DNA from: Dehalococcoidia bacterium
GTDB lineage: Bacteria; Chloroflexota; Dehalococcoidia; Bin125
NCBI GenBank assembly: GCA_963663235.2
Contig: CAXXNO010000011.1
Coordinates: 32,001-96,000, forward strand
DNA: 64,000 nucleotides
Direction: 5' to 3'
A model generated the notes under the pieces. The model had not been told where the DNA came from and made no database searches. It was given only the letters and a program-made list of their open reading frames with translations. This document shows, in pieces, positions 60,485 through 64,000 of the stretch. Within the stretch, counting starts at the first letter, position 1; each line of letters starts with the position of its first letter. A program made the translations under genes and the position numbers.

Positions 60485-61350
60485 TGCATGAATAAGTATA
60501 CCGTTGGGATCCCGAATAACAGACTATCCAGTCGATCGGGCACCCCGCCGTGGCCTGGGATCAGACGGCCGAGATCCTTGACCGAGAGCGAGCGCTTCAA
60601 GGTGGACTCCGCGAGGTCGCCGAGCACGGCCATGACGGGCAGGATCAGCGCCAGGATCACCATCTTCCAGATGGTGACGTCCAGATCGAGCAGGAGGTCG
60701 ATCAGCAGCACGGCCGCGAAGCCTGCCGCCAGCGCTCCGACCGTGCCCTCCACGGTCTTGTTGAGGCTGAGGCGCGGAGCCAGCGCGTGCCGGCCGACCG
60801 AGCGACCCACCACGTACGCGCCGGTGTCGGCGGCCATGATGGCGAAGACGGCGAGCAACACCCACTCCTCTCCCGACGGCGCCTGGCGGAGCAGTACGGC
60901 AAAGCTGCCCAACCAGCCGAAGTAGAGGACGCCGAGCGCGGCGAACGCGAGCCGCTTGGCCTGGGGCGCGAGGGCCGGGGCGGGCGGATCGCCAACGCGA
61001 CCGCCAAGGCCGGCGACTATGGGGGCCGCGAGCAGCGCCAGCGCCAGCGCCGTGAGCGGCCACGTTTGGGGGATGTCGTCGATCAGCGCGACGGCCGGCA
61101 GCGCGGCCGCGCCGGCCGCGGTGAGCCAGAGCAGGGGGTCGCGGCTTCGCAGGCCGACGGCGGCGCCATATTCGAACACCGCCACCACCAGCGTGAGGGC
61201 GACGACCGCCGCCCACAGTTCGCCTCCCACGAGGATGAGGACAACCAAGACGGGCACGGCGACGGCGGCCGTGGCGCTGCGGAGCAGCAGGTTGGAGCCT
61301 GCCAGCCGTTGCAGGCCCCGTTGAGCCTGCGATTCCTCTGCTGCCGCCAC
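60469..61350 (-). CDS. cdsA: Phosphatidate cytidylyltransferase
   Basis: 'DTGAY', 'KTVEG', 'GDLAESTLKRSLSVKDLGRLIPGHGG.PDRLDS'. Confidence 0.93.
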   Translation of the reverse strand: MAAAEESQAQRGLQRLAGSNLLLRSATAAVAVPVLVVLILVGGELWAAVVALTLVVAVFEYGAAVGLRSRDPLLWLTAAGAAALPAVALIDDIPQTWPLTALALALLAAPIVAGLGGRVGDPPAPALAPQAKRLAFAALGVLYFGWLGSFAVLLRQAPSGEEWVLLAVFAIMAADTGAYVVGRSVGRHALAPRLSLNKTVEGTVGALAAGFAAVLLIDLLLDLDVTIWKMVILALILPVMAVLGDLAESTLKRSLSVKDLGRLIPGHGGVPDRLDSLLFGIPTVYLFMQWVVL

Positions 61351-61353
61351 GCG

Positions 61354-62145
61354 TCAGGCGCCGTTCCCGCTGGGCACTCCCGCCAGCGATGTGACGGAGG
61401 ACGGTGCGGCCGGCCGGGCGGCCGGGTGGGCCGGCGGCAGCGCGCCGAACTTCCGCAGCCGTTGTTGGTAGACGGCCAGCGCTTCATCCACGTCGCGCTC
61501 GCTGAAGTCCGGCCAGTACGTGGGGGTGGCGTGATATTCGGCGTAGGCGCATTGCCATAGCAGGAAATTGGACAGCCGCCATTCGCCGCCGGTGCGGATG
61601 ATCAGGTCAGGGTCGGGGATCCCGGCGGTGTAGAGGTAGCGGCTGATGGTCTCTTCATCGATCGCTTCGGCGGGGATGCCGTCCGCGATGATCCGCCGCA
61701 CGGCATCGACCAACTCGGCGCGGGCGCCGTAGTTGAAGGCCACGCAGAGCATCATGGCGGTGTTGTTGCGGGTGAGATCGACCGCTTCCGCAATCTGCCG
61801 TTGCAGTGGCTTAGGGAGGACCTCGATCCGGCCGATGTAATGAAGCCGCACGCCGGCCTCGTGCAGCGGCTTGACCTCGCGCCGGATCGTGCGAGCGAGG
61901 ATGCGCATGAGTCCCGAGACCTCGCCGCGCGGCCGGCTCCAGTTCTCCGTTGAGAAGGCGAAGAGCGTCAGGTAGCGGACGCCGCGGTCGCCGAAGGCGC
62001 GAATCACCGCGCGGATGTTCTCCGTGCCGGCGCGGTGTCCGGCCGTGCGCGGAAGACCGCGCGCCCCGGCCCAGCGTCCGTTGCCATCCATGATGACGGC
62101 GACGTGCTGCGGCACGATGGTGGCGGCGGGGCGTGGTGCGGCCAT
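61354..62145 (-). CDS. uppS: Undecaprenyl/polyprenyl diphosphate synthase (cis-prenyltransferase)
   Basis: '[13 protein letters not shown]', 'FSTENWSRP', '[15 protein letters not shown]'. Confidence 0.95.
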   Translation of the reverse strand: MAAPRPAATIVPQHVAVIMDGNGRWAGARGLPRTAGHRAGTENIRAVIRAFGDRGVRYLTLFAFSTENWSRPRGEVSGLMRILARTIRREVKPLHEAGVRLHYIGRIEVLPKPLQRQIAEAVDLTRNNTAMMLCVAFNYGARAELVDAVRRIIADGIPAEAIDEETISRYLYTAGIPDPDLIIRTGGEWRLSNFLLWQCAYAEYHATPTYWPDFSERDVDEALAVYQQRLRKFGALPPAHPAARPAAPSSVTSLAGVPSGNGA

Positions 62146-62146
62146 C

Positions 62147-62722
62147 CTAGACTTCCATCATCTCCCGTTCCTTGTCACTGCCCACGCGGTCTACGTCTTC
62201 CACGAGCCGATGGGTCAGCTTCTCCAAGTCATTGTGGGCGTTCCGCTCTGCGTCCTGGGAGATATCTTTGGCCTTGGCGAACTTGCGGAGCTCGTCTTGC
62301 ACATGGCGGCGGATGTTGCGCACGGCCACGCGCGCGGCTTCACTCTTCTGGGACACCAAGCGGGCCAGCTCCCGGCGTCGCTCTTCCGTGAGCTCGGGGA
62401 TGGCGAGGCGAATCACTACGCCGTCGCTCTGAGGATTGAGGCCCAGGTCTGAGAGCTGGATGGCCTTGGTGATGGGACCGGTCGCGTTCTTGTCCCACGG
62501 TTGGATGACAAGCAGCCGCGCCTCGGGCGCGCTGATGGTGGCGAGCTGGTTGAGCGGCATCTCCGTGCCGAAGTAGTCCACGCGCAAGTGCTCCACCAGC
62601 CCCGGATGGGCGCGCCCGGTGCGGATGGTCTGCAACTCTCGCCGCAGCGCCTCAACGGCCTTCCCCATTCGGGTCTGGGCATCGTCGAGGGCCAGCGCGG
62701 TGAGGTCATCGTCGTCGGGCAT
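62147..62722 (-). CDS. frr: Ribosome recycling factor
   Basis: 'IRTGRA', 'PELTEERR', 'VRNIRR'. Confidence 0.96.
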   Translation of the reverse strand: MPDDDDLTALALDDAQTRMGKAVEALRRELQTIRTGRAHPGLVEHLRVDYFGTEMPLNQLATISAPEARLLVIQPWDKNATGPITKAIQLSDLGLNPQSDGVVIRLAIPELTEERRRELARLVSQKSEAARVAVRNIRRHVQDELRKFAKAKDISQDAERNAHNDLEKLTHRLVEDVDRVGSDKEREMMEV

Positions 62723-62761
62723 AACTCTCTTCGCGCCCGGTGGCGCCGGCCCCGCCTCCGC

Positions 62762-63514
62762 CTACTCCTCGGAGCCGGCCAGGCGCGTGGGCATGGCGCC
62801 GACCAGCGTCCCGATGGAGCCATCGATCACCGCTCGCACGATAGCGTCCGGCGGGCCGATATCAAAGACCAGGATGGGGAGAGCGTTCTCTTCGCAGAGG
62901 GAGAGCGCGGCCGTATCCATCACCTGCACCCGGTCGGCGATGGCGTCGCGATAGTTGAGCGTTTCGTAGCGGCGCGCCTTTGGGTCGGTGGCGGGGTCGG
63001 TGGTGTAGGCCCCGTCCACTCCGCTCTTGGCCATCAAGAGCCGGGCCGCGCCGATCTCCACCCCGCGGAGCGCGGCGGCGGTGTCGGTGGTGACGTAGGG
63101 GTTGCCGGTGCCGCCGGCGAAGAGCGCCAGGCGGCCTTTTCCCAGGTGCCGGATGGCTCGGCGCCGGATGTAGGGCTCGGCGACCTGCGCCACCGTAATG
63201 GCGGACATGGTCCGCACCTCCAGACCGACCGCCTCCAAGGCGTCCTGGAGCGCTAGGGCGTTGATGATGGTGGCCAGCATGCCGGCGTAGTCGGCGGTGG
63301 CGCGGTCAATGCCGGCCTCGGCGGCCGTGCGGCCGCGGAAGAGGTTGCCGCCGCCCACCACCACGGCGATCTGCACCCCGTGTGCGTGGCAGCGCGCGAG
63401 TTGGTCGGCGATGCCACGCAGCGCGGATGGGTCGATGCCGAAGGGCTGGGAGCCCATCAGCGCTTCGCCGCTTAGCTTCAGGAGAACCCGTTCAGGCGGC
63501 GCCGTGTCGGCCAT
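62762..63514 (-). CDS. pyrH: UMP kinase
   Basis: 'LLKLSGEAL', 'VGGGN', 'GNPYVTTDTAA'. Confidence 0.96.
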   Translation of the reverse strand: MADTAPPERVLLKLSGEALMGSQPFGIDPSALRGIADQLARCHAHGVQIAVVVGGGNLFRGRTAAEAGIDRATADYAGMLATIINALALQDALEAVGLEVRTMSAITVAQVAEPYIRRRAIRHLGKGRLALFAGGTGNPYVTTDTAAALRGVEIGAARLLMAKSGVDGAYTTDPATDPKARRYETLNYRDAIADRVQVMDTAALSLCEENALPILVFDIGPPDAIVRAVIDGSIGTLVGAMPTRLAGSEE

Positions 63515-63536
63515 GGGGGGCTCCCGGGCGCCGCCG

Positions 63537-64000
63537 TCAGTCCCCAAGGACGAAGCGCGCGAACCGCCGGACTTCGATCTTCTCGCCGGTGCTGGCGATG
63601 GCCTCGTTGATCAGATCATGGACGGTCTTGTCGGCGTCTTTGATGAACGGCTGGGTCAGCAGCGCGCGTTCCGCGGCCGGGCCCTCGGCGTCGCTGGGCA
63701 GGTCCGCCGGATCAACGGTCTGCGGGGCCATGGAGGCCACCTGCATGGCGATGTCATGCGCGAGCTGCTTGAAGAGGTCGGTGCGAGCCACGAAGTCCGT
63801 CTCGCAGTTCAGCTCGACCATGGCGCCGATGCGGCCGCCATGCACGTAGGCCTCCACCACGCCCTGGGTCGCTTCGCGGTCCACGCGCTTGGCCGCCTTG
63901 GCGAGGCCCTTTTCGCGGAGGAAAGCCACGGCCTTGTCCATGTCTCCGTCGGCCTCGGCCAGCGCCGCGCGGCAGTCCATGACCCCGGCCATGGTGCGCT
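63537..64000 (-). CDS. tsf: Elongation factor Ts (short form; 5' end beyond the window)
   Basis: 'GVMDCRAAL', 'ELNCETDFVA', 'GEKIEVRRFARF'. Confidence 0.95.
   Translation of the reverse strand, partial: RTMAGVMDCRAALAEADGDMDKAVAFLREKGLAKAAKRVDREATQGVVEAYVHGGRIGAMVELNCETDFVARTDLFKQLAHDIAMQVASMAPQTVDPADLPSDAEGPAAERALLTQPFIKDADKTVHDLINEAIASTGEKIEVRRFARFVLGD

Overview
High-GC bacterial chromosome segment. A Chloroflexota origin (Dehalococcoidia-like) is inferred from gene content and order, not proven. About 1.0-16.4 kb is an IS-riddled accessory island containing IS6 copies and fragments, two IS481/IS3-like 'integrase core' elements with terminal IRs, an IS5 remnant and an McrBC type IV restriction pair. 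It also holds a small tyrosine-integrase element (ParB-DNA methyltransferase, Cys/His protein, double-HTH terminase-small-subunit-like protein) beside an orphan tRNA-Lys 3' half. The rest is core genome: F420 genes (npdG, cofE), a fur-polyprenyl synthase-shc-hpnCDE hopanoid locus, a full sufR-sufCBD-Rieske-sufSU-sufT operon, fabG-fabD-fabF-fabF-acpP, nusA-ylxR-infB-rbfA-truB (no rimP), proS, and tsf-pyrH-frr-uppS-cdsA-dxr-rseP. Most unusual signals: (1) an RseP site-2 protease with two LysM-like repeats and an extra PDZ in a normally cytoplasmic loop; (2) an inverted, atypical ispG separated from rseP by an 18-bp tandem array built from the rseP stop region; (3) strongly directional A:T->C:G decay of dead IS copies; (4) an attP-like tRNA-Lys junction inside the island; (5) McrB with two tandem N-terminal domains. 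All calls come from motif reading by eye; no searches were run.
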